The notes under the pieces were generated by a model. It did no database searches. It worked only from the letters and a program-made list of their open reading frames with translations, and had not been told where the DNA came from. Shown here in pieces: positions 41,594 through 54,065 of a stretch of DNA of 64,000 bases. The stretch's first letter is position 1, and each line of letters starts with the position of its first letter. The position numbers were made by a program, and so were the translations under genes. The DNA is from Bugula neritina (taxonomy: Eukaryota > Animalia > Bryozoa), in contig OZ037767.1 of assembly GCA_964035545.1 (NCBI GenBank), positions 11,418,581-11,482,580 on the forward strand. Reading direction: 5' to 3'.

Positions 41594-44500
41594 CTACTGC
41601 TGCTCTTGCTGTTGCTGCTGCTCCAGCTGCTCCAGTAGGGCAGTGTGTTCCTGATCTGTCTCCTTGGGGATGACAATATCCATCTCTCGGGGCCGTGTGG
41701 TCCTTCCCCGGTGGTTGGGTTGGCGGTTGGGCTCCAGGAGGGGTGGGGCCTGACCCACCGCGTCTTGGCTGGCCTGGTAAGGTTTCAGGCGCTGCTCGCT
41801 CTGGACTGAGACCTGTCCAGAGCGCTCCACACGGTACGTGTGGTTGGGCAGCACCTCCACTACGCAGTAGGGACCGAGGAACTTAGGCTGAAGTTTAGTC
41901 GACTGTCCACGTCGCCTTCGGTAGCTCACCATCCAGACCCAGTCCCCCACCTGGTACAACGGGGGTTCTTCTGAGTCTTCCGTGCGGGTCTGCCACTGCT
42001 GGGCCCGCAGTGCATCATGAGCTTTGCCCATGATTTCTATCAGACCCCCCACGTATGTCAGGTGTTCCGGAGCCCGCGTCTCTCGGTCCAGCATCAGAAA
42101 GTTTGGGGTCTCCTGCGTGGCGGAGTGTGGCCTGCTGTGGTAAGCTCGCATGATTTGCGGCAGCACCAAGTCCCATTCTTCCTGACCCCGATCGAGGAGC
42201 AGGCTCCTCAGGGCGTCACCCAACATCCTGTTGTTCCGTTCGACGACTCCGTTCCCTTGCGGGTGATATGAGGTGGTCCGACTCTGGTTCACCCCCCATA
42301 TCCTGCAGAGGTCTCCCATAAGCTGGGACTGGAACTGGGCACCCTGGTCTGTATGTATCTGCTCAGGTAAACAGAGGTAACAGAACACATTTTGGTCAAC
42401 GGTCCGTGCCACCGTGGGGCCTGTTGCATCTGGAATAGCCAGAGCATCTGCCCACCGGGTAAAGTAGTCCGTGAGCACCAGTATTCAGGTGTTCTCTCTG
42501 GCGGATAACGGCATAGGCCCAACGAAGTCTACCGCCACTACTTGCCACGGTCGACCAGCGTATAGCCGGCCTCGACCAGTGGTTTTCGTAGGGCGGCCAT
42601 GCTTGCTAGCTTGGCAGACCTCACATTGCCGTACCCGCAGTCGTACGTCTCGAGTCATTCCGGGCTAGTACCAACGCAGCTGCAGACACCTGATGACCCG
42701 ACTGACTCCAGAATGAGCCTGTTTATGGGTGTCCCAGATCAGTTCCCGTCGGAGGGCGTGTGGACAGACGACGCGGTCCCTCTCCTGCTGACGGTTGTCT
42801 GCTGCCAACGTTATCATCAGGAGGCCATCAGGACTGACCTTGAGGGCATCCCAGCGACGACAGAGACGGAGACAGAGACGGTCAAAGACCTCCCGCAGAC
42901 GACTGACATGAGTCGAAAAGTCTGAGGAGATGACAATAACGTCATCCAGATAGATAAGGAGGGTCTTCCAGTGTAATCCACTGAGGACCTGCTCCATGAG
43001 CCGTTGGAAAAATTCCGGGGCGGGCGTTAGTCCAAATGGCAGTACTTTCCACTATCAGAGCCCGTCGCGAGTGATGAATGCTGCTTTGTCCTGGGCATCA
43101 GGACTGAGGGGCACTTGCCAGTACCCGCTAAGCAGATCCAAAGTACTGAAGTACTTGCTACCCGCGAGGGCATCCAGGGACTCATCTGTCCGTGGGAGAG
43201 GGTAGGCGTCCTGGATGGTAACGCTGTTGAGTCTGCGGTAGTCCACGCAAAATCTCCAGCTACCATCCTTCTTCTTGACCAGGACTACTGAAGAGCTCCA
43301 CGCACTGTGGGCAGGCTCAATCAGATCTCGGTCGAGAATATCCTGTACCTGTTGGCTCACCTCCTTCTCCTTTTCCGGACCTAGACGCCGGGTGGGCTGC
43401 CTGATAGGAGTGGTGCCGGCTGCCAGGGGTATCTCGTGAGAAATAACCTTAGTCAGCCCCATGTCTCCATTGCCACGACTGAAGACATCACTGTACTCCG
43501 CGAGTAGTTGAGCCAGTACTTGGCGTTCAGTACTACTCGTACAGTTTCCGCATGCTCCACCATACAGGTCAGCCATATGCTCCGGGACTGCTCCTCGGCT
43601 GGTGCGAGGGGGGTTTCCCTGGGTGTCGGCCACTGTTTCCAGTGCCGGACCCACATTCGCCTCCTGGATGGAGTGGTACTTCCCCACCAGCGCTCTGGCC
43701 GATAACCGGACAGGTTCCATGAAGGGGTTGATACACTGCACGAGGAGCTCTTGCCGACAGTCTAGCCGATTCAGGCTGTTAGCTAGTCGGATCGCTCCGT
43801 GCGTTTCCTCAACCACCCCCAGGCCAGAGATCTCCTTGCAGTTGACTCTGCAGCGGAGAGTCGCCTGGGATCTTCTCGGAACTGTGCAGTCCCGCACCAC
43901 CTGGACTCCGCCCACCAAGGGCCTGCCGAACTTGTCAACACAGACAAGTTCCCTCCCAGCCATCACCACCACTGACTTCTAGAAATCCATGCGGCACTGG
44001 TATTTCTCCAGAAACGGCATTCTCAGGATGGCGTCCTCCTTCAGCTGGCTGACTATGAACGTCTCGTGAATCGCTTGATCACGTACCATGCGCACCTTCA
44101 TACGGCTCCAGGCTCGCCCGCTCTCAGGCACCAATAGTGTCAAAGAATTGCCTACTCAACAGGTTGGTGGTGCACCCAGTATCCAGTAAGAATGTGGCAG
44201 CTTTACCCGAAATATTTCCGGGCAGGAAGTAGCTGCTTCCATACGGCTGGGTGCTCCTGGAGCGATCAGTCTCTGGGGGAGACACAACTTGGGTCCGCAC
44301 AGCGGGCCTCCTCTGGGTCGTCTTGGAGACGACGGGGGTTTTCTGAGATTGGGAGGGCAGCTTGGGGTACTCTTGCGAGTAAGCTGAGTCCTCTTCCATG
44401 ACCTCCTCGGGCAACCCCGCGAACCGGTTACGGAGTGGCCAGGCCGGAGGATCGGGTAGACCTTGCGGTCTCCGAGATCTCCGAGGTGCCTGCCATCCTG

Positions 44501-44696
44501 TTTCTTCTAGCTTCATCCGGGCCTCGAGTGACACGGCAGGAAGATCGAGTAAACCTTTCGGTCTCCGAGATCTCCGTGGTGCTTGCCACTCGGTATCGGC
44601 AGACTCTGTGGAGATCTCTTCTGTTCCTCTCCGAGTCCTATCCCGGATGGGATTGGCGTGAGGCCCACGGGTGGCAGAAGTTACCGTGAGCCTCAA
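41594..44696 (-). pseudogene. pol: pol: protease, RT N-terminal part and integrase; broken
   Basis: FLLDTG, RFCVDYRRLN, YPLP, LDLLSGYWQ and YLDD, then an abrupt jump at about 42875 to the integrase HHCC, HTDQG, NGVVER and GPY. Confidence 0.9.
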
Positions 44697-45604
44697 GTGT
44701 TTAAAGGCCTCTGGCCTCTAATGCAGTGCCTTCTCACATGCCCTTGCATCCCGCACCCCCAACAGGTGAGCAGAGAGGGGCGGACAGGGTCGTCCCACAA
44801 TCGGGGAGCCTGCCTGACTGCCTGGTTGCTTTGCAACTTCGTCGCCGTAGCCTGCAGGCCTTTCACCATGTCCATCAACATGGTGAGCTGCGTCTGCTTT
44901 GGTGACTTAGTTGCCGCTGCCGCTACCTGTGGGGTTGGAGGTGGGGTGGTCTCTTTGTCCTCTTTGACCACTTGGCGGGCTGTATAGCTCGGTCGCCTAG
45001 GCTCTTCCACCTGGAAGTAAGCCTTCCCCATCTCCAGTGCTTCTTCTATACTGCTGACCTTGGCGGCCAGCCAGTATCGCTGCAGGTCCGGGTGGTTCAC
45101 ACTCCGGAAGAACGCGTTATAAATGAGGCGCCTCCGGTCCTCGCCAGTGGCGTGATCGAAAGCAGCCTGAGTCAGGCGCTCTACCTCATTTGCGTGATCT
45201 TCCAGAGGGGTCCTCCGGTCCCTCCTCATTATCTGCAAATGGTCAGCTGCTTCTTCGGCTGTTAGGCCGAACCGGATTCTGAGAGCCCACATGATGTGTG
45301 CTTCATCTGGTTCAAGAGCGAAACTCTTGGTCTGGCCTGTCAGACAGGCCTGAAGTTGGAGGATGCGCACACGAACTGGCCATTCAGCGATGGTGGCTAC
45401 ATCCTCAAACTCCCTGATGAACTGTTCCACGTCTCCTTCTCCTCTGAAATTCGTGGGGCTGAAGGCAATACCTGTCACCAGGTGGTGCCTGACCTTGCCC
45501 CCGCAATCCCTGGAGGGCTGTGACCAACGCCTCAACAGTGAGGGTTGGTGTCTCCGCTGCCTCAGGGGCTGAGTCCCCTGAGGCCATCTTATTCCTCTCA
45601 GCAA
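44693..45604 (-). CDS. gag: Gag with CCHC zinc knuckle; frameshift near the 5' end
   Basis: FRGEGDVEQFIREF and CWGCGMQGHVRRHC. Confidence 0.88.
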   Translation of the reverse strand: MLRGIRWPQGTQPLRQRRHQPSLLRRWSQPSRDCGGKVRHHLVTGIAFSPTNFRGEGDVEQFIREFEDVATIAEWPVRVRILQLQACLTGQTKSFALEPDEAHIMWALRIRFGLTAEEAADHLQIMRRDRRTPLEDHANEVERLTQAAFDHATGEDRRRLIYNAFFRSVNHPDLQRYWLAAKVSSIEEALEMGKAYFQVEEPRRPSYTARQVVKEDKETTPPPTPQVAAAATKSPKQTQLTMLMDMVKGLQATATKLQSNQAVRQAPRLWDDPVRPSLLTCWGCGMQGHVRRHCIRGQRPLNT

Positions 45605-47117
45605 CTAGCTATTTGTATAATCCCACCGCTGCCACCAATGTGATAGTTTTGAGGGTTATGAATGCAACTAGTGCCTTACATACTTGTTACAAAGACTAAG
45701 GCGGTAAATGATGTAGAAAATAAGGTAGCTTTATTGCAACGAATGATATAATAGTCTGTATCCAGCGAGCTCCAGCAGTAGACTGAATCTATACTGAAAC
45801 TCGCTGGCTTTTATATACACGCAGGACAAAGACATTCTTTTGTTGCCGAGATCGGAGGCCTGAAATGCCAAATATCGGCACTGCGGGGATCCGAAATGCC
45901 GAAATCGGCACTTCGGTAGTCCGATCCGCCGATTTTCGGTATATCGGCGTTTTGGAAGACCGAAGTGCCGATCTCGGCAACCCGGACACACACACACATA
46001 AACCTACCACAATATCTTTCTGAACTACTAGTATTTGAAGTTAACTCAAGTTGATATGACATACCATTTATAAAAACAACCTGACGAAATATTTGATAGA
46101 AAAAGACAATGAAATCAAGTTGACAATCCAAAAAGGAAGCACCTACATGTGCCCTAAAACTGCAAACTTACAATTCATGGATACTTCTAATTTCTTTGCT
46201 TCAGAGTTTGGGTATTCAAATTTTCTAAAGGCTATGGAAGTTAATGTAGAAAGGTTTTATTGGATTTACGACAAGTTTACTTCATTGGAGATGGTAAACA
46301 GACAACATTTTCAAAACATCTCTCTTGAGGAGTATGAAGAATGCACACAAGTTTGGATTGTTTGGAGATTGTTCTTCAATTTTCAGGTTGTTGTTTCCAT
46401 TCACACCTTTGTAATTAGGCACCAATAGATAAACACAACCATGAGCTCAAAAATGTGGAAAATAAACTAAAAACCTACAAATATTGGAATTATTTGACGA
46501 CAGGCTAGGCTAAAAATTTTTTCATATTTGGGAATGTGAGTATGAAAATAAAAAATAAACATATATAAATTGTTTTTCTGTATGAAACGTAATTATCATA
46601 TATTTCTTTAATTTCAATATACACTTATATTTGCATACCAAATACAGTAACTAATTTTTACTGAGTTTATTTAAAAACTTCAATCCAGGTAAAGTTTCAA
46701 AATGTTAATAAAATAGCCAAAATTTCCTTCAGCTAACAAATGGGTATTTGTTTACAAGTTTTCCTTTTCCTTTATTCTGGTGTGTCGATTCTTTGGTAGT
46801 TATGCCCACTCGTTTCTTTTTTCGATTCAACTGTCGAACTCCTACAAAAGGTAGAGAAGTAAAACAATAATATAATTTACAGTTATCTTTTTTTCCAGTT
46901 GTTTTGCTTAGACAACAAATTTGTAAAAAAAATTAGGTTACAGTATCAGAATATTCAGTGCTTATAAGTTATTTCAGCTTTGTATACTTGAGTAGTTATT
47001 GATTTATTAAGTAATTACTTATTTTACAGATCAACATTATAGATTATATTATAAAGTTCATTAAATTAATAATAGTTCTAGGATTTTAGCTAGGTTGTAT
47101 AAGACATCTATCTAATA

Positions 47118-47458
47118 CAGGGGTGTCCAACTTTTTCAGACCGAGGGCCTCTGAAAGGGAATATTCCAGTGGGGAGGGCCACATTGTAAGCTTCAACTTG
47201 AGCTGGGGGCCACAGCATCAGTACTTTTCAAATTACTTTCTTCCAAATTCTCATGGAACATTGCACAATAAGGTCCAAATAGTTACTGCAGACTGCATGT
47301 TTTGTAGCGTGTATAGAAATAAGACATTTAAAAAGTGTTTTTTTGCTCTAATTCACGTATGCATGTGAAAACTAATTGTAGCTTTATGCCTTGGAGGGCT
47401 ATATAAATGTGGGCTGGGGGTCACCACCAGCCCTGGGGCTGCCTGTTGGACAGCCCTG
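47118..47458. mobile_element. hAT-type MITE, 341 bp
   Basis: 14-bp TIRs CAGGGGTGTCCAAC / GTTGGACAGCCCTG (1 mismatch) and an 8-bp TSD ATCTAATA. Confidence 0.9.
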
Positions 47459-47914
47459 ATCTAATAACTACATTTGTTTATAGTAAACTAATGAAACAAT
47501 ATGTTGTAAACACTCTTGGTAAAGCTTTGCTTCTTTTCAAGTTAAGTATGTTCTTATTTACTATAATCTATATAAATTCCCGCAAGATTTAGCCAAAATG
47601 TGCAGCTGTTTCATTGTTAAGTTTATAAATCTATTTGTTTAGAAAAAAATAACTAAGAATAATTGCATCATGACACAGATTACCATTAAGTAAGAATTAT
47701 TCAAAGGTGATCATGATGACCCTTATTAACATTAGCCAATAGAATTAAAAAAAAACATATGGTACTAAAATTTGAATCAATCAATAGCCAGTTACCTCCC
47801 TGTCATACAGAGAGAAAACACAACTACACATTAAGGCAATTTAGCCTTAGTTATGTGTGGCGTAGGTGCAACCTGTGTTATGATGATAGGCATATAAGAG
47901 AATATGTGTGTCAG

Positions 47915-49880
47915 GTGGGGACTGTCAACAGCAAACATGAAGAGTGGTTCGATGAGAGACCCGGAATTAGGCTAGAATTAGTATGCTATCCAGAAACACC
48001 CAATCTATTACAGCCAAATATAGAACAGCTAGCAGGAAGCTCACTGACTTAGAGAATTGAAGAAGGATTGGTGGCTGGCAAAAGCAGCGAAACTTCAATT
48101 TTTAGCAGATACAAGTTGTATGAGTGTATTCTATCATAGTATGAGAGCCATCTGGGGCTCACTTGTCAGGCATCCGAACCAGTTACTCGCAAGCAACCAT
48201 GCAAGCAACCATGCAAGCAACCATGCAAGCAACCATGCAAGCAACCATGCAAGCAACCATGCAAGCAACCATGCAAGCAACCATGCAAGCAACCATGCAA
48301 GCAACCATGCAAGCAACGCTGCTCAAAAAAAGCAAGATCTTCCCAATAAATAAACAGAGCATTTTAGCAAGCTAATAAATGAGGCTCCAGTAATAGGTCA
48401 AGATGCCATTGAAAATCTGAGACAAGCCCTTGTCTAAAACTGAATGGATAGCTGCCCAGAAATTGATGAGATCTCCACGGCTTTTAAGATGATTAGTGAT
48501 GGTACATCACCTGATTCTGATGGAATTTATCCTGAAGTAATTAAGAGAGGAGGTCTAAACTGCTATGTGCCCTTTATGAGATCATTCAAGAAGCCTGGAA
48601 CACCGCTTCAGCTCTTTAAAACTGGGAGGATGCCCAGCTTGTTATCATCTTCAAAAAGGGTGACCAATGACTATGCAGCAACTACAAAGGAATTTCTCTC
48701 TTATCCATTCCTGCAAAGGTTTTAGCACGAGTCCTACTCAACTGACTTTTATCGTATGCTGAAAGCTTTTTACCCAAGGCACGGTGTGGATTCCGAAGTA
48801 GAAGAGGCACAGCAGTCATGATTTTTTCCTTGAAACAACTCTAGGAAAAAAGCATTGAACAAAATATGCCTTTGTACATGATGTTCATTAATTTTACAAA
48901 AGCGTTTGACACTGCTTACTAGACGACTCTGTGGAAAATGCTCTTGAAGCTGAAATTTCCATGTCACTTTACTAATTTTATAATCAGCGCTTTACATACT
49001 GGCATGAAAGCCTCAGTTAAACTGAGGGGTGAACTGTCAACCAAATTTCAAATCAACAACGACATCATCTCTTCTCGCCTATCTAATGATTTAATGACTG
49101 CAACAAGGGTGTATGGATTTAGAGCAAGCCTGGAGCAAATTTTTCTCAATGCCAGCCAGCACCAGTCTGCAACAAAAACTAGAAGGGCCCTGGTACGAGA
49201 ACTTGTTTTTTCTGATGGTTTTGCCTCTATTTCCCACAGCCATGATGATGCTTAGGAGATTGTCAGCAGATTCGCAAAATCTGCACAAGTTTTTGGTCTT
49301 AAGATAAATATTAGGAAAATGTACCAACCAGTCCCCAATAATGAAAACGAAAGCCAGTCTATATACATCAATAACAAACAGCTAGCCAGTGGTCATAAGT
49401 TCAAGTACCTCGGATCTATGGTCATGGACAACAATTAGATGGATGAAGAGCTTGGCCAGTGTACAAGCTGGCGGCACATAGACTCATCACCTTTATGATG
49501 AGACACCTGCGACAAATTCCCAATGTTGCTGTAAGTAGTGAACTTCATCCCAAATGCTAACATCTTAACTCAAGCAAATCTACCCAGCATGTATGAACTC
49601 CTAATTCAGAGAAATCTGAGATGGACTGGTCATATACACAAGGTAAATGACTCTAGACTAACCAGACAAATTCTGAACTCTCAGCTCAAAGAAGGTGTAC
49701 GCGGTTTAGGCAGACCCAATTAGTTGAGGTTCAAGGATACAGTGAAAAGAAACCTCAAAGATAAGAAGATTTCTTTTGCTAGCTGGCAATTCCTCAGCAG
49801 AATCAAAAGTCAATGAAAAGATATGGTTCACAAAAAATCATTTTTGGATATAAAGGACAGCCAATGAGAATAATGACGAA
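47915..49880 (+). mobile_element. 5'-truncated degenerate non-LTR retrotransposon (RTE-like LINE)
   Basis: SP..DGI.PE, WxDA.LVIIFKKG, YKGISLL, GFR..R, FxNFTKAFD, FKYLG, LRWTGH and RGLGRP motifs; 9-bp TSD GTGTGTCAG at 47906-47914 and 49881-49889. Confidence 0.85.
48189..48317. repeat. Perfect 12-bp tandem repeat (GCAAGCAACCAT), about 10.7 copies
   Basis: Direct inspection. Confidence 0.95.
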
Positions 49881-50275
49881 GTGTGTCAGAAAGAGAAAGT
49901 ACGGGACAAGGGATTATACTAGAATTAAGGATAGACTGTGAACACATATAAATTAATAATGTGTTGGAGCGTAGGAGCGAGTGCTTAACCAGTAGAAGTC
50001 AAGACTGTGAAGCAGCATCAAATAAGCACAATAACCGAGAAGACTTACTCATGCTCACTTAAACCACAGCTAAACAAAGAAAATAGTTAAGAACAAATAC
50101 AAACTACCATATATTCAACTGTAACGTGCGAGACTCATGGTGTCTGCAAGAAATTACCGTTATGAGTATTATAAAATTTATAAATTATAAATATAACAAC
50201 TAATAATTAATTATAGCTGTAGGTACATTATAAACACAACTTCACTTGCTATACAACAATGGTGAGAAAATTCTG

Positions 50276-53200
50276 CTAGACATGCCCTTCACACCGACCT
50301 TGAGCAGCAGACTGTATACTCTGTCGTGCTTTACGGAGAAGTGACTGGGGGCCCCCTTCAGTGGCTTTTTCTTGGTTATCTGGTTTTGGTACTATGGAAA
50401 TTTTTCCTCGCCTCTCAAAGCCTTGGAATTTTTCAACTGAATCTGGCTTCAGGTCTGGTTTCGGGTCTAGTTTAGGATTTGGTTTTGGGTCTGGTTTAAC
50501 TGCCTCGGGTATTACGAGGACTGACTCTATGCTTTTAGAAAATCTGCAACCAGTACTTCTGTATTACATTCTGAACTGAAACAACTTGTAACGAATTATA
50601 TATACACCTATGATTTGTTGTAATTATGTATATAAAGCTCAATTATAGTGTTGCTGTATTTAATATATGAATATAAAAATTGTAAAGCAAAATATAAGTT
50701 GGGAAAACCTCGAGTTTTATAAAAAAATGTATGAAAAGAAAGTGTGCATACAAGAATTTCTACCAGCACCGCAAACCAAAATTTAAAAGGAAAAGATTAA
50801 AAAAGTATGTAGGCTATTAAAACTTCTCTCTTAAAGCTGCATCTATAATTTAATTACAGTGAAAGTGACTTTCTACCGGCACAACAATAAACCACAAAAC
50901 GTACTCATCCAGAGCTCCACTGAGTTCTAGTGACTTTATAGCATCCTTCATTTTGTATAGTCTGTTTAGAAGTACGGGTTTAGTAGCAGTTATCTTCACC
51001 TGCTGCACTCCCACTGTAATATAACAAGTCAGATCTGAGGTAAGGACACTTAAAGTGAACATAATTTACTCTGAGCATCTGTATAAGGAAAGTCTGCTGT
51101 GTGATGGAGATACTTTGTAGAGCAAATTAGCAGACTTGAGTAACTAATGTTGTGTAGATATAACATAATAATGGGATGAACTATTAGACAAGTAGTTGTA
51201 GGTAATTTTTTGTTAGCTAGAGTTATGAGCTTATCTCGCACAAATATTCCTACTATGTAGGGTGCAGCGTTGAGAAACTGCATATCGATGTTCCTGTAGT
51301 TACAGTACAGTAAAACTGAGCAGTTAAACTAATTATTATTCAAGTAGAAAGTAGAAAATACACAATCTAGATATTATAATCATGTAGAACAATCTAGAAC
51401 TTACTTTTTTGCTTTTCTTTCAGTCTGAAGTTGGTGGCAGTGTAGCAGCACATAAACATACAAATAAACAGGAAGACAGTTGCCGAGATGACGGCCGTAC
51501 GAGTCTGGAATATTATGGCTACATCCGTTTCATCTTCACATATCTCTCCATCATATCCAGCTGCACATAGACACCTGGCAAAGGGAAAGGAAGTAACATA
51601 AATCGCCCTAACTGCTGCAGTCAACACAGTATCGTCATCATTGTACAACTTTAGTTTACGAATTTGAGCATGAAGAAATAATTACAATTGTTATATGCGC
51701 TCGGCAGTTTAAAATACAAATTTTTGTAAAGTCAACTTTGAATAATGAACCACGTGATTTTACAGCCCATCGAAGTCATACAAATTTAATTGACTCAAAA
51801 CATACTGGCATGCAGATTAATAACTGGTTAATAAGCTATAAACTCTGCAAAGCGACTGTTTGTGTACTTACGTGAAGTTTTGACTGCCTTCTATACTGTT
51901 TATGCAAACTCCACCATTTAAACAAGGCTTCACCTACAATCATCAAATGCATTACATCATTTTACTTTAAATTGAATTGCATTGTATTACATTACTTGAT
52001 AGCGCAGTGGATTACTTCACATTTCACTACTTTACATTTCACTACTTGTCTAAACCTAATGAATTATTTTACAATACTATACAATACATGGTAGTACAAG
52101 GAAATACTTTATATGCATTGCATTACATTACAATACACTGTATTACAATATGTTTTCTATAAGCCAGTACTATCAGTACAAGGCAATACTTGACCTGAAT
52201 AACAATAGATTGCATACACATACACATAATCTATATATTTATAAAACACTACTAAAATACACTACCTGTACAGTGTTAATATTACTTACAATTCACCTGG
52301 TGAGTTCAATGTGCATATGGTAATATGTTATATTATACGAGTATATATAGGGGTAACGGGGGCACAACGGTCATAGGGGTACAAAAAGCCGGCCAAATTG
52401 TGAGAGAACTTATTGACTTAGAGTTGTGATTTTTTTTCATAAAAAGATATTGACATAATTATTCAGCTTTTGTAGTTTCAACACTCGCGGAACATGCGTG
52501 TTGAAAAGGCGAATGAAAAACTGTTTTTAACTACTTTTTGTAAATTTTTTAGGACGTCGTTAAAGCCTCATAACTTTTTACGCTCAAAGGCAAGAAGCCT
52601 AGATTTTACTAATATTGTTACCATTGCTTGTCTCTACAATGCTTAACTAGTATAACAGCAAACACTGAAATAAATTTTCCTTGAGGCACATTTATTCTCA
52701 ATTTGGCCACACGGGGCACAATGGGCCACGCTGACCGGGGCACAATGGGCCACCTGATTATTGCACCCTGATCACTGTTATTAGTTTGTTTGCCTAAAAA
52801 GTTGGTTGAACTGTGACTAAAACCTATAGATATAGCCATTTCTGACCTTTTTGTAAAATATCAAAGACATCATGGTAAGACTACAAAACTACAAGTTGAA
52901 GCTCCCCTAATATATACATCTGGTGAGGTTAAAGCTTTGCAATTTTATACATAATACAAAACACTCTGCTGTTGCTACTAGTAGATAGTCATGATAATCA
53001 TTATATATTACACCATTGAGGGAATATACATGTATTTGACTGAAATAAATTGTGATTTGCTCATTTGCTTCCCCTCTCCTTTCCGTACTCCAGTCACAAA
53101 CCTCAGCCATGCATGCACCTTAGCTACAGTTCATAGAAAAAAGTCTACTCGGGTTTTTGTAGTACACGTTACTAAAGTTTTTTTTGATAAATGTTGCTCT

Positions 53201-54031
53201 GAAGTGAAAATAACAGAACATTTTTAGTTCTAAACAGTAATGATAATGGCACTGCAGAGCCGAGTGACGTGCGTTTGATTTTGCCTTCCTCTGCTAACCG
53301 TAGTAACACAAACTGTACAGCTAAAACATGAATTTTGCTGCAGATCTGAAAGAGAATCTTTATTTATTTGTAATATTAAATAAATAAAGATCAGATGTAA
53401 CAAAATATACGCAAAATTTCAATATATTTGTTGTGTCCCATTGTACCCCGGTACCGGGGCACAATGGGCCGATTTTTTTGTCGTGAACATTTCATTATTC
53501 TGAAAGTTGTGAGGGAGATAGAAACAACAAACTGATACCTGTAATAGACAACATATGCAGCATTAAGACTAGAGATTATTGAACTAGTAACTTGAAAAAC
53601 AGACAAATGAGAGCAACAAATGCAAAATTCGGCCCGTTGTGCCCCCGTTACCCCTATATATATATATATATATATACTGAAAAGTGTTCATGGCACTACC
53701 CCATTCTATAGTTACATTACCTCTGTTGGCTACACATTTATGCACAGATGTCCTTATTTTGAGAGTACTATACTCAGCATTACCTGACAGTAGTTCCCTG
53801 TAATGTGACAAAGAGCTCCAATGTAGGGTGGTGGACAGATGCAGCTGAATGGATAATCTGTCGCTGCCGAGCTGACAGTAATCACGCATGAGCCACCATT
53901 TAAACACGGCTCACTAAAACACACGTCCCACAGGTGCTGCCAACAAAGAAGTTATGAGTCATAACTCACTCTTCAACGCAAAACATGATTTATATTTTTA
54001 TAAAATTTTAAAACAATTTTAATAGAGTTAC

Positions 54032-54065
<34 letters not shown>

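Larger units (their letters stand above)
39189..46011 (-). mobile_element. Gypsy LTR retrotransposon: gag-PR-RT-IN plus extra ORF, with RT C-terminus and RNase H deleted
   Basis: LTRs at 39189-39571 and 45639-46011 (roughly 5% divergent plus indels), TSD ATAT, PBS TGGTGGCAGCGGTGGGAT and a G-rich PPT. Confidence 0.95.
33195..46360 (+). pseudogene. Second pPolB fragment (exonuclease region), split by two Gypsy insertions into 33195-33438, 38809-39188 and 46016-46360
   Basis: Removing the elements and one TSD copy each restores IFDKLE...RCYYPYFCVFDCES (ExoI) and YLSELLVFEVNSS*YD (ExoII)...QFMDTSNF...YSNFLKA. Confidence 0.85.

Noticed and set aside
34454-45572. Numerous plus-strand ORFs within the GC-rich Gypsy interiors
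   Set aside because: Antisense shadows of minus-strand coding sequence, with no domain motifs.
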